Source: Octopus sinensis
Lineage: Eukaryota
Assembly: GCF_006345805.1 (NCBI RefSeq)
Contig: NC_043001.1
Span: 35,216,001 to 35,280,000, forward strand
Direction: 5' to 3'
DNA length: 64,000 nucleotides
A model generated the notes under the pieces. It saw only the letters and a list, made by a program, of their open reading frames with translations. It made no database searches and was not told the DNA's origin. A program made the position numbers and the translations under genes. Shown here in pieces: positions 26,129 through 38,699 of this stretch. Every line of letters begins with the position of its first letter. Positions within the stretch are counted from its first letter, which is position 1.

Positions 26129-27152
26129 TATATTATGCATGCATACACACACACACACAAAAATACATATACACATGTGTATATATATATATAAATATAT
26201 ATATATATGTGTATGTATGTTTATATAAATACAGATATTACATAAAGACATATATGCATATGTATGTGTAACGTTTTATGTGTACACGTAAATACACCAC
26301 ATCCAGACATATATATTTATGAATATTCTTAAACTTACATATTGTGCTTGTGGTCATATGCATGTATTCGTGTATGACTGTATTAATTTTTATGTGTGAT
26401 TTCTATATACGTATATGTTTAGCATGCAATTAGTTTTAGCGTATGTATATGTGTGTATTCATATTTCCAGTAAAATAACGATATCCAATAATCTATTGAT
26501 ATCATTAGTTTACAAAACGACCAACAATACCTTCTCAATCCGATTTAGCTCGAGCCGTATGCTCGTTAAGTTGAGAAACCTATTGAATAGAATGCGTCCA
26601 TCAGTGCTGAACGGTCGAACGCAAATGAAGCTACAACAGTCGCAGCACTAAAATGTACATTAGAGAAATATTAACTGGTGTTATTCAGCAACTCTTTCAA
26701 AGTATCAATATTTTTTTCATAGATTGGGGGGGAGAGATCGTCTTCCAGATAAAAGAAGATGCTGCGGAGCAATATTAATGGGAGGAAGATGTGTCGAGTG
26801 GGTAGTAAGTAAAATGCAATAATCCACTTATACGTTGGAAATTTTAATGTAGAAAAGAGGAAGTAAAACGACGAAACTACAAGCAAACAAAAAGTATGAA
26901 AAACTCAAAACACCATATTACTTTGCCTATCATAGTATAATAATGACGGCTCAGAATGGCGTTAAATAAGTTCTTGTTGCTGTAGATAAATTTGATAATG
27001 ATGATGCTGATGATGCTGATGATGCTGATGCTGCTGCTGCTGATGATGATGATGAATACGATGATATGTTTCGTGGTCTTCTACTTTGAAATCATCCTAC
27101 ACGCAGTGAACATATAGTCAATGCTTGATGCAGCCATCCCTCGTAATATATA

Positions 27153-27252
27153 TTTCTGTCGAAGAGCGTAGGCTCGAAACATCAAGCAACGTAAAACTAT
27201 TACACCAGCTTGTTGTTCCTTTACCTGCCTTCATCTTTTGTTTTCTATAAAT
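27153..27252 (+). mobile_element. Family E fragment with variant HHR motif
   Basis: TTT-CTGTCGA-A-GAGC-GTAG-GCTC-GAAAC at 27153-27180, then a family E tail and (TA)n. Confidence 0.55.
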
Positions 27253-27282
27253 TAAGTATATATATATATATATATGTGTATG

Positions 27283-27315
<33 letters not shown>

Positions 27316-27339
27316 TGACAGAGAGAGTGACTAAGAGAG

Positions 27340-28028
27340 ACACACACTGACAGACGAATAGTCATCCATACACATATGCACACACACACACACACTGACA
27401 CATACACAACCACAACCATCCATCCACTCAGCCACACACACCCATTCTCACACTCTCTTCAGACTGACGCTGTCTCTGACTCACTACTGACCCTTCTGAA
27501 GCACACATTCAACCACACACACACACAAACACACACTGCCTCACTCACCCATTCATATACCTGTCACTGCAGCTGCTGACCGCTCAGGGCGATTTTAACA
27601 CAAACGCACACACTTCCTAACACACACACAGACTACACAGACACACACAGTTACCACCACACACACACTCACACGCAGTTACAGCCACACAAATACGCTA
27701 CATACGCACGCTGCCACACACACACGCGCTACTACACACACGCTACTACACACACACATACTAAACATTTTCACACTCTCCTCTCACAGAAAGCACTTTC
27801 TCTTCATTCCTTCTATTTCCGCTTAAAAAATGTAACCACACGTGATTGTTGGCGATGGTTTTCTACCTTCGTCTTGGACCATCCTGTTTTTCTTGTTTCC
27901 GTAGAAGAGCTATGCTGAAACGTAAAACTACTACTCTCTTCTCTCTCTGAGCGTCTTATTAATACGTTGCTTATACTACACGTTCGATTGTTTTTATTTT
28001 CTTTTTCTCTGTGCTTTTTTGAATTGAC
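27340..28028 (+). mobile_element. CA-rich body ending in a family-E-like terminus with a decayed HHR
   Basis: GTTT-CCGTAGA-A-GAGC-TAT-GCT-GAAA-CG-TA-AAAC at about 27895-27928. The tail resembles 42972-43181. Confidence 0.5.
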
Positions 28029-28049
28029 TATATATATATATATATATAT

Positions 28050-28321
28050 AACTAAAAATAGGGGTGTCTGAGAGACACCACCATGCCGAAATAGCAGTCA
28101 AAACCCTGACTCTAAGAACCACGTTAAATGTTCATATCGCACCATGAGATAAGACAGAGGGACAAAATAGACTAGCAAAAAATATTACTTTTTTGCTAGT
28201 CTATTTTGTCCCTCTGTCTTATCTCATGGTGCGATATGAACATTTAACGTGGTTCTTAGAGTCAGGGTTTTGACTGCTATTTCGGCATGGTGGTGTCTCT
28301 CAGACACCCTTATTTTTAGTT
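28050..28321. repeat. Near-perfect fold-back palindrome (arms of about 133 bp, 6-nt loop)
   Basis: 28050-28182 is the reverse complement of 28189-28321 with one mismatch seen. Flanked by (TA)n. Confidence 0.95.
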
Positions 28322-28402
28322 GTAAAAAAATTATTACCTTTGTATGGTATTTTTCCCATGCTGGCCGCTTGATAATATCGATATCATCCTTATTTATAAA
28401 TT

Positions 28403-28561
<159 letters not shown>

Positions 28562-28584
28562 ATTTTAAGCAGCAGAAAATTCAA

Positions 28585-28634
28585 CAAAATCTGTTACTCT
28601 GAGTTTCTCGTTGCCGTTCATCAGACAGTTTTTG
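28585..28634 (-). ncRNA. Minimal type I hammerhead ribozyme motif
   Basis: Minus strand reads CAAAAACUGU-CUGAUGA-ACGGCAACGA-GAAA-CUCAGAG-UA-ACAGAUUUUG. Stem I pairs, stem III is quasi-palindromic, and the cleavage triplet is GUA. Confidence 0.75.
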
Positions 28635-28655
28635 CTAGAATATATATATATTGTC

Positions 28656-28770
28656 TTACTTCTTTCAGTCATTTGACAGCGGTCATGCTGGAGCATCGCC
28701 ATTAATCGAAGAAATCGACCGCAGGACTTATTCTTTGTAAGTCTAGTACCTATTCTATCGCTTTCTTTTG
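28656..28770 (-). mobile_element. SINE family A 3' tail fragment
   Basis: TTTCAGTCATTTGAC.GCGG.CATGCTGGAGCA motif. Confidence 0.75.
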
Positions 28771-28799
28771 TATCGCACCGTCTTAAAGTAATGCTATTA

Positions 28800-29146
28800 T
28801 TGCTGATGATGATTATGATGTTGGTAGAATGGCGGTAATGTGGTTGTTCTTTGTTTTGTTGTTTGTTGTATTGTTAGTAGTGATGCAAATAATAATGATG
28901 ACGGTGATGTTTTTCTTGATACTGTTCATAGTGATTGTAGTGGTGGTGGTGATGTTGGTGATGGTCGTGATGGTCGTGATAGTAATAATTAAAGTGAGGA
29001 TGCTGAAGATGGTATGGTAATGATGGTGATAATTGAGAATATTTTGTTGATGATCATCATGGTGATACAGTTAGGGGTAATCTTGCCGCGGTGATATTGT
29101 TGTTTTTGCTGAGCTAATATGACGTGGTTGTGAGGATGATGATGGT

Positions 29147-29178
<32 letters not shown>

Positions 29179-29380
29179 GTAGCAACGATGGAAGGGGGAT
29201 GTCGGTGGTGACGACGGAGATGGAGTCTGTGGTGACGATGACGAAGACAAGGTCGTTGGCGTCCACGATGGCAACGAAGAGGAGGTTGATGATGATTAAT
29301 ATGATGATGATGATAATGATGATAATGATATATGGTGATGATGACGATGACAACGACGATGACGGCGACGATGGTGGGAA
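28800..29380. repeat. Degenerate (GAT/GGT/GAC)n low-complexity tract
   Basis: Trinucleotide-derived sequence. The ORFs over it are poly-D/M/V artefacts. Confidence 0.85.
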
Positions 29381-29705
29381 ACGCGAGAATGATTGTAAAT
29401 GCTTTCGTAAATTAATGAATATAATATTATAATTGATTGGTGAAACAAAGTGGAAATTTGGCAGATTTCTGGCTTATAGCCTTTACATTTTGGCTTCGGT
29501 TTCCTAACAATCATTTTTAAAATGAGATTAAAAAACATGCTACATCGAAGTTTTCTAAACATCTGATTAAATATACACAACAATGTGTTTACATAGAGGT
29601 ACGCCTACAAAGACATACACACACACACACACACACACATATTTATATAAACATATATGTGCACATGTACGTATGTATGCTTGCAATATAATCATATATG
29701 CATTT

Positions 29706-29839
29706 AGGCGCAGGCTTGACTGTATGGTGAGAACCTTGCTTTCCAACTCGCAGTTCCGGGTTCAGTCTCACTGTGTGCCACCTTGGACAGGCGTCTTTTA
29801 TTATAGCCTTGGGACGACTAGAGCATTGTGAGTGGATTT

Positions 29840-29895
<56 letters not shown>

Positions 29896-30020
29896 GTTTC
29901 TTCTATGTATGTATGTATGTATGTATGTATGTATGTATGTATATATCTGCGTGTGTGTGTCTGTGTTTGACCCCCTATCGCCGCTTGACAATCGGTGTTG
30001 GTGTGTTTACATTCCCGTAA
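29706..30020 (+). mobile_element. SINE family A, 5' part
   Basis: Head and core present. Truncated where a family E element begins. Confidence 0.8.
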
Positions 30021-30021
30021 C

Positions 30022-30155
30022 ATACTTGAAATTTACAGAAAAACAAATGACGAAGACAGGTGTATAAACAAGCAGTTGTATTAGTTTGACACTCGGAAAA
30101 TCTTTTACGTTTCGAGCCTACGCTCTTCAGCAGAAAGAAACACGATGAAATAAAC

Positions 30156-30228
<73 letters not shown>

Positions 30229-30545
30229 TCTTTTGAAGCTAGCGGTCAATCATGGTAGCTGGCTGGATCGAGGTTGTTAGACAGGAGAGCTAGGAAGAAG
30301 GGGAAACAAAGTACTGATAATCCCAAAATGAAGGAGCGCGTGCGTATGCATGTAAGAGTGTGTGTGTGCGTGTGGATAGGGGCTGGTTACTTTGACGTGT
30401 GGATGTGTTCGTGTGTGTGTGTGTGCGTCTGTAATGTGTGGGTGTGGTTATGTTGGGGAGTGGGTATATGGATGTGTGAGGGTTTGGAGTGAGGATATGG
30501 CGGTAGGGGTGGGGTACGTGGGAGGGCAATGTATGGGGGTGGGTC
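30022..30545 (-). mobile_element. Family E element with variant HHR and GT/GA-rich body
   Basis: Minus strand 30101-30138 reads UCUUU-CUGCUGA-A-GAGC-GUAG-GCUC-GAAA-CG-UA-AAAGA, with stem I fully paired. Confidence 0.6.
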
Positions 30546-30627
30546 ATATATATATGTATATATAATATATATTATATATATATATAATATATATTTATAT
30601 ATATATATATGTATATATATATGTATA

Positions 30628-30710
<83 letters not shown>

Positions 30711-31189
30711 GCAGGCAACATGCATGTATAGTTAAAGTGTATACTTCTGAATGACGACTTCCCGGGTTTTATCCTTATGTATAACATCTTCAACAAATTA
30801 CTTATACCCTTGCATCCTTGCAAGGGTTCGGTGGCGCAATGCATATAAAAACATTGTGTAGATAAAAACTAGCTGATCCTGCCAAGGTTTTACTTTAGCA
30901 ACACGTGTATCACTGGTATACAAAGCAAAATTTTGGCCACATCAACATGGACAGATACACACACTTTGGTTGGTCGAAGCCGAGAAACATTCAATCAAAA
31001 ATTCTATGAGGAATAAAGGCATGTAACCGCGTAGGTGATATCTTTCTGAATGCCTACTACAAGAGGCGTCCGTTGCTAATACATGTGTGTAGGTGTCCAG
31101 CAGGAGGGAAAAGCCACATTTGCATTCGTTATGCTTTCAAAAACAAAGAAGTGATGGCATAGCTCGAAACAGAGTTGCAGCCATCATAC

Positions 31190-31900
31190 GTACATACATG
31201 TGCACGCCCAAACATACATGCGCATACAGAAATACATACATATAAATATCCGCACACCAAAATACACACACGAACACGTATACAAAGCTAAATCAATAGG
31301 TATTCATATAAAGATGTTTCATATTTTGTTTACATTTTCTAGTATGAGTTCGCTCGTGAACATACATGAACAGAGAGACACGAATACACACCAATGCACG
31401 CATACGCACACGAACGCACGTATACGCAGGCGAACGCACACATACACATGTGAACACTCGCATACACACACTAGCACACATATACACACACGAACATACG
31501 CATAAATACACGAACGCACACATACACACAGGAACACACGAATGCACAAAAACACATATACACACACGAACATACGCCTGCACACACGAACACACGTACA
31601 CACACAAACACACGCAAACACACACGAGCGCACACATAGACACATGAACACTCGCATACACATACTAGTACGCATATACACACAGGAACACACGCATAAA
31701 TACACAAACACATATGCACACACGAACATACGCATGCAAACACGAACACACGTACACACATGAACACACGCATAAACACACGAGCGCATGCATACACACA
31801 GGAACACACGCTTACACACACGAACACAAACTAACGCACCCTTACACACACGTGCACACATGTAGATTGCGGCGCTCAGACGCACGCAAGCATACACTCA
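31190..31900. repeat. CA-rich degenerate minisatellite (ACACACGAACAYACGCAT-like units) with a higher-order duplication of about 195 bp
   Basis: GAACACTCGCATACACA.ACTAG occurs at about 31452 and 31646. Confidence 0.8.
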
Positions 31901-32286
31901 TAATCACGGAGAAGGATAGATAAATAGATAAATAGATAGGTAGAGAGAGGTGGGCAGACAGACACAAATTCAGAAAGAGAAAGGGAGAAATAGAAGCATG
32001 AGTGTAAGGCAATGAAGGTTAGCATATAAAGAAACCCAGATCTTACACATATGCTAAAAACTATATGAACGACACAAGTTCAGAAATGTAGGAAATTATT
32101 ACGAAGATAGCCTTGAATCGAAAGTACAAAAGACAGCCTCTAACACATTCTTGCCCTAAAAAAACAACAAAAAAAGCATTATTACAATAGAACAAAGAAA
32201 TTGTTTTGAAAAAAATTGGGAAATTAGAAATATTATCATCTCATTGCGATGCACGTGTTGTCGATCGAATATGATCGTTGTGTGTG

Positions 32287-32326
<40 letters not shown>

Positions 32327-32643
32327 GTGTGTGTGTGTGTGTGTGTGTGTGTGTCTGAGTACATGTAAAATAGCAGCTGCCAATAAAGAAGATAACACAG
32401 AAACATTGGTTTATTGGCTTATTATGATTTAATCACATCCTTTATATTGACAGCATTCTCCATGTTTGAACTGCAGTTTACTTGACCTGGATTATTTTCT
32501 GCTTAAGATAGATGCTCACGCGCAAACACACTTGTGCTCCTTCGTCTAACATAACATACATTATCGTATTTATCCCTGTACAAGTATGAATTTTGTATAC
32601 ATACATGCATGCATATATACATACATATACACACACACATACA

Positions 32644-32679
<36 letters not shown>

Positions 32680-32803
32680 TATATATACATATATATATAT
32701 GTGTGTGGGTGTATATGTATATATATATATATAGGAATATATACACGTATGTATATGTTTTGTTGATCTCACCTTCAAGGAATATTATACTATAAATACA
32801 TAC

Positions 32804-32860
<57 letters not shown>

Positions 32861-32914
32861 TATATTATATTATATTATATTATATTATATTATATTATAT
32901 ACGCACCAACACAC

Positions 32915-32989
<75 letters not shown>

Positions 32990-32993
32990 TAAC

Positions 32994-33213
32994 ACAATTG
33001 CAGCTTAGAAGGTGTTTGTAAGCCATTTAAGAAACACACAAAAGCCGTTCGATTCACTTCAACATTTAAGTTTAATTTGTCAAATATTTCAACAGGTCGC
33101 GGTCTTACAGCGACGAAAATATTTTGACAAATTAAACTTAAATGTTGAAGTGAATCGAACGGCTTTTTTGTGTTTCTTAAATGGCTTACAAACACCTTCC
33201 ATGCTGCAATTGT
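32994..33213. repeat. Fold-back palindrome (arms of about 97 bp) next to (TA)n
   Basis: ACAATTGCAGC...GTCAAATATTT / AAATATTTTGAC...GCTGCAATTGT. The loop contains a GTCGC/GCGAC stem followed by GAAA. Confidence 0.9.
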
Positions 33214-33283
33214 TTTCGTTTCAGCACACGATCTCAGATCAAATCACTTGCTATGCAAGTACATCTCCATACATATATGCATA

Positions 33284-33482
33284 TATAACCAAGAAAAAAG
33301 CAACAAGAATGGATGAGTAGTTTAGTACAATTGTTTCATACTAAGAACACTTTTATTTAAAGCTGCAAATATTGCAGCAAATACAAATGTCCAATATTTG
33401 CAGCTTTAACTAAAATTGTTCTTAGTATGAAACAATTGTACTAAACTACTAATCCATTCTTGTTGCTTTTTTCTTGGTTATA
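33284..33482. repeat. Fold-back palindrome (arms of about 90 bp)
   Basis: TAACCAAGAAAAAAGCAACAAGAATGGAT... / ...ATCCATTCTTGTTGCTTTTTTCTTGGTTA. Contains the half-hammerhead GAAACAATTGTA. Confidence 0.9.
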
Positions 33483-33600
33483 ATCACCCCACATTATTTT
33501 ATGGTTAATACCATAAAGAATTCTGGTGCATCTAAGTTAAGTACCATATTGATTTGAATTCATTGGAATTCACTTGAATTGTTTTTGCTGAATTTATATG

Positions 33601-33648
<48 letters not shown>

Positions 33649-33652
33649 GTGT

Positions 33653-33692
<40 letters not shown>

Positions 33693-33711
33693 GGTATGTA
33701 TGTATATATAT

Positions 33712-33935
33712 AAAGTTAATCCGAACATGAAAATACGAGAGAGAAAACACAACAACGCGAGGACGTGGAACAAGTATAGTATTATTGGACGCTCAGGAAA
33801 GGAAAAAGAAACAAGGAGGATGTAACGTTTCGAGCGGAGCTTGTCGTCAGAAACATAGGAAAAGGAAAGATCCAAGGAAGGGAAGACGGAGGAAAAAAAA
33901 ATCGCCAGCGATACACACGCGGTCACATTTTGAAC
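33712..33935 (-). mobile_element. Family E-related element with HHR-like motif
   Basis: Minus strand CUGACGA-C-AAGC-UCC-GCUC-GAAACGU. Homologous to 42972-43181 and flanked by TA repeats. Confidence 0.65.
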
Positions 33936-33941
33936 ATATAT

Positions 33942-33985
<44 letters not shown>

Positions 33986-34329
33986 CAGAGAGAGAGAGAG
34001 AGAGAAATAGATAGATATAGATATATGCATGCATGCACGTACCCTTACGTACACGCAAACCCACACACCCACACATACATATAGTAAATTTACCAAGTAA
34101 ATAACACTTTTATTAAGAAACATCACTTTGCACGTGTTCTTGTTGTTGAAAAAAAAAACATCATATACACGCATGTTAGTGGTTGTGAAAGTGTGCATAC
34201 GTGCGTTTGTTTTTGAGCGTCAATTTCAGGAATTATTCGTATTGTTGCTACTATATTCCTAGTATTTCTCTGTCTCACCCTTTCCTTCTCTCATTCTGTC
34301 CCACTAACTCTCTTTTTTATTACAGTTCG

Positions 34330-34389
<60 letters not shown>

Positions 34390-34809
34390 CATCATCATCA
34401 TCATCATCATCATTATCTTTACATATTTTATTGTTATTTATATTATTATTATTATATTTTTGCATATTCGCCTCATTACTCTATTGTGAGAACCTTGGCC
34501 GATCGATAAATTCTATTCAAATAGCACGTACTTTATGTAGAGTTCGGTGGTTGAATTACTTCTAACCCTTGAGTAGAGGAACAAAGGTGTTTGCAGCAAT
34601 TTTGAAGTGGAAACTCATCGCTTGAGTAGCACTCGATATTTTACGCAGAACTTATAAGGATTTGATACAAGGTTTCCTTCGCATGTCTATATATACACAC
34701 ATATATAGTATAATTATACATCTATCTATTTATCTATCAGTTTATACATACATATACATACACAGAACCATGTGTGTGTATCTGTCTATCTATCTATGTG
34801 TGCATATAC

Positions 34810-34840
<31 letters not shown>

Positions 34841-34907
34841 AATACATATACACACACGCACATATATATTTCTAAACACACACATATGTCTATATATATA
34901 TATGAAA

Positions 34908-34948
<41 letters not shown>

Positions 34949-35770
34949 AGGAAAGAAAGAAAGAGAGAGGCAGAAAGAAAGACAGTGTGATGGTGAATAC
35001 TCACACATAAATATATTTATACGTTTTCAACGACACGCACACTTATATAGTTTTATATGTAATTTACATAGATGAGCATGCATATATGTGTATATGCATA
35101 TGTGGATATATGTCTACGTGTGTGAAAGGAAAAGAAATATTTGAAGCAAACGAGAAAGCAATACAAAACTGTGAATTTCTTTAGCTGGAAGACATATTAA
35201 TGTAAGGATGAACGAACGACCAAAACAAAGGAACATAGATGTAACCACGGTGCTTTACTGTATCCATGACGTATTTTCGAAACATTCAAGTTCATAATAG
35301 CTCTTATCTAGAATCTATCGAGAACTCAGCTGTAAAATCTTGCATATAAAAATATGATTTTTATGTTGTGACGACCAGCAACACTAAGTTTTCAACACCG
35401 CATGGTTGGATACAAGTTTCTTGTAATCGAATTCATTGGTCCGATACCATAGGTTTCTTGCTATCAAATTCGGAGTCATTCGATGGGAGTTGATTTATTG
35501 ATGATGTCTCCGCTGAGGTAAAACTACGGCAAAAGATTTCAGCGATACACTTGCATATGTACACAGACACACTCTCACACACATGCACACACACTCACAT
35601 GCACACACACACGTATATATGTACGTATATTATATACATATTTATATATATATATATATATACATATGTATATATATATATATACATATATATGTATACA
35701 TTATATATAAATATAATAAATTTTCGCCGTATACCTTGAGTGTAGAAAACAGTCAATATATTCGGAGAAA

Positions 35771-35804
<34 letters not shown>

Positions 35805-35805
<1 letters not shown>

Positions 35806-36094
35806 GAGGCGCAATGGCCCAGTGGTTGGGGCAGCGGACTCTCGGTCGTGGGATCGCGGTTTCGATTCCCAGACCGGGCGTTGTGTGTGTTTATTGAGCG
35901 AAAACACCTAAAAGCTCCACGATGCTCCGGCAGGGGGTGGTGATCCCTGCTGTACTCTTTCACCACTTTTCTCTCACTCTTTTGTCTGTTGACCTGCTCG
36001 CTTAGCCAGCGGGGGGGGGGCGTCATTCGAAGGCTAAAACAATGCGAACGCATTGTGACCAGCGATGTGTAACAACATCTGATGGTCTGGTCTG
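35805..36094 (+). mobile_element. tRNA-derived SINE family B, full length
   Basis: A box GGAGGCGCAATGGCCCAGTGG, B box GGTTTCGATTCCC. Copies at 49216 and 62764. Confidence 0.9.
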
Positions 36095-36838
36095 GTTAGA
36101 TCTTATCTAAAGATAGCTAGAATTGTTAGATTGTTAGATTGCTTAAAGAACAAATAATCTTCTGTATACTAGAGGACTCTAGGTAAAGCAGGGTAAATGC
36201 AGTATAATTTACAATGCAAGCTAGCACTTTCCACTAATGTGGAAACGAATATCAAGTTTTTCCCAAGAAACAATAATAAACCTTAATATCATCTACTGTT
36301 ATCCGCTTCAAAGAATATCACTTTCCCGACCATATAGAACAACTAGAATCACACCTGCCTAACCTCTTCAAATACTAAGTCACAGCTATCGAAAATCCAT
36401 CTATTTTACTCACTCAGATGGTTCTATTTTTCTAAAAGTGATGCTTATGAAGCCTCCATATTGCACCTGGATGCATTTAAATGAATTAAACAATTTCAGT
36501 CGTAGTCTCTCTCAACATTTTCACTCATTTAACTTAAGCAACACAACAATCCTATTTCTAAGTTTCGGAGGATCTTTATCAATGGAAAAAAAAATTCACA
36601 TATTCACATATTCACATATTTATTTTATGCACTTGTATATATCTATGTTCAGCTTACACTTGTATTCTTTATGTTACTTTCATTAGGCTTTTTGACAAAC
36701 ACAGACCGATAACATAAGAAGCACACTGAAATATATATTGCAGGGAATATGATCGACAAAATGTGTAAAAGTCTTTTGCCCAGCTGAGCCCCAGTCAACT
36801 GAATAAAGCCAGTAAAAGAACAATATACATACGTGCAA

Positions 36839-36923
36839 GGCGGTGAGCATCAGAAACGTTAGCACGTCGGGCGAAATGCTTTGCAGTATTTCGTCTGTCT
36901 GTCCGTTCTGAGTTCAAATTCCG
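36839..36923 (+). mobile_element. SINE family D head fragment
   Basis: CAGAAACGTTAGCACG.CGGGCGAAATGC...GTTCTGAGTTCAAATTCCG. Confidence 0.7.
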
Positions 36924-37157
36924 TATGTGTTTAATACTCTTTTTGCGCATGTGTTTCTATGACCCACAACAACATTAGCAATCAGGAAATGATAGTATTG
37001 GTCACTACCTCTCTCAAAGCCAAGAGTGAATAACGAAGTCCTAAAGGTTTCTCAAAACAGATGTGGAAACTAATCTTTTGGTTGAATTGATCTCGCAACC
37101 TACCAACTAGGATTTATGATTCTTTCAACAGAAAACTTTGAGGATAAGATATATATC

Positions 37158-37548
37158 CTTTTACTTTCGCAGGTCTTTGACTGCAGCCATGCTGGAGCAC
37201 TACCTTTAGTTGAAGAAATCGACCCCAGGACTTAATCTTTGTAAGTCTAGTACTTATTCAATCGGTCTTTTTTGCCGAACCACTAAGGTGCAGGGACGTA
37301 AACACACCGGTATCAGTTGTCAAACGATGGTGGGGGGACAAACACAAACACAAATACACATACACATACATACACACACATATACGACGAGCTTTTTTCA
37401 GTTTCCGTCTACGACATTCATTCACAAGGCTTTGGTTGGCCGGAGGCTATAGTAGAAGACACTTGCCCAAGGTACCACGCAGTGGGACTGAACCCGTAAC
37501 CATGTTGTTGGGAAACAAGCTTCTTACAACACAGCCACTCCTGCGCCT
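37158..37548 (-). mobile_element. SINE family A
   Basis: Homologous along its full length to the other family A copies. Confidence 0.88.
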
Positions 37549-38699
37549 ATATATAATTCATTTTACTTAATACGCTTGCTGTTGCTCCTGATAACACACA
37601 CCGACACACACACACACACACACACACTGATATATTTATATACATGTATATAGATACACAGATGCATACATATAATACTAACCCGCGTATGTGTGTCTGT
37701 GTGTGTGAGTGTGTGTGTCTGTGTGTGCGTGCGCTTGTCTTTGCGTATATACCTGTTAGCTTTAGTCTATCTAATGATACATGCGTATGTGTGTATATAT
37801 GTAGCTGCCACTTTAATGCACAATTTGAAAAAATATATATAAATACATATGTTAGCTGAAACTTTGCATAATTTCAGTTATTTTGTTTTAAAGCAAGGAG
37901 ATAAGAGAAAAGGGAGAAAGAGAGAAAGGAAGACAGGGAAAAATTTTTGGAAAAAGCGACAGAAGGAAGCGAAAGGTTTTTGGTAAGACATAAAACAAAA
38001 GTCAAGAAATAACTGAGCTGCGAAAACAAACTATTCAACGTTGCTTTATTGATTCAATCTGTTTTCTGTGAACTTCAAAAAATTATAGACAGACAGTATG
38101 ACGTATTGAACTCACCGACTCATATGTCATTTATGCTAATCATCTCCAAGCATTTCATTGTGCTGTAAGGCAGTGAATTTCATTGTTCTTGACCTCCATA
38201 AATACCAGATGATCATGGAGAGTTATCTTCAGTAGACTAATGTCATTTTCAGAGGAGGTTTGTTTGTCATCTGATTAGCAATTTAAAATTGAGATGTAGA
38301 CTTACGAATTGCTTCGCAAATAGACGTTGCTGTTTCTCTCTCTTTCTTCTTTTCTCTCTCTAACACTGTCTGCCTGTCTTTGTCTTTGTATCTCTCTCTC
38401 TCTCTCTCTTCCTCTCTTTGTCTGTATACATACGTACAAATATATATACATTATTTGATGATGAGGATGGTGATGACAACGACGAGTACGACAGCGATGA
38501 CGATGACAACGAGGATGACGACGACGACGACGATGATGTTGATAATGCACCGATACGTATATATGTGCCCAACCCTGAGTTAAAGCTCAAATCAGTCACA
38601 TTATATCCAAACACAGTCGAAACTCAAATTGTCCGGGACTGTTTCAAGGAATTTGTCCAAAGACTTATATATATCATATATATATATATATATATAATT

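Noticed and set aside
30735-30845. TA-embedded insert with CTGAATGA and a CCCTTGC/GCAAGGG hairpin
   Set aside because: I could not assemble a hammerhead core with matching stems.
31190-31900. Possible CRISPR-like repeat-spacer array
   Set aside because: Degenerate CA-rich minisatellite without unique spacers, in a eukaryotic context with no cas genes.
35805-35880. tRNA gene-like sequences at SINE heads
   Set aside because: They continue into SINE bodies and lack a complete cloverleaf, so they are SINE heads rather than tRNA genes.
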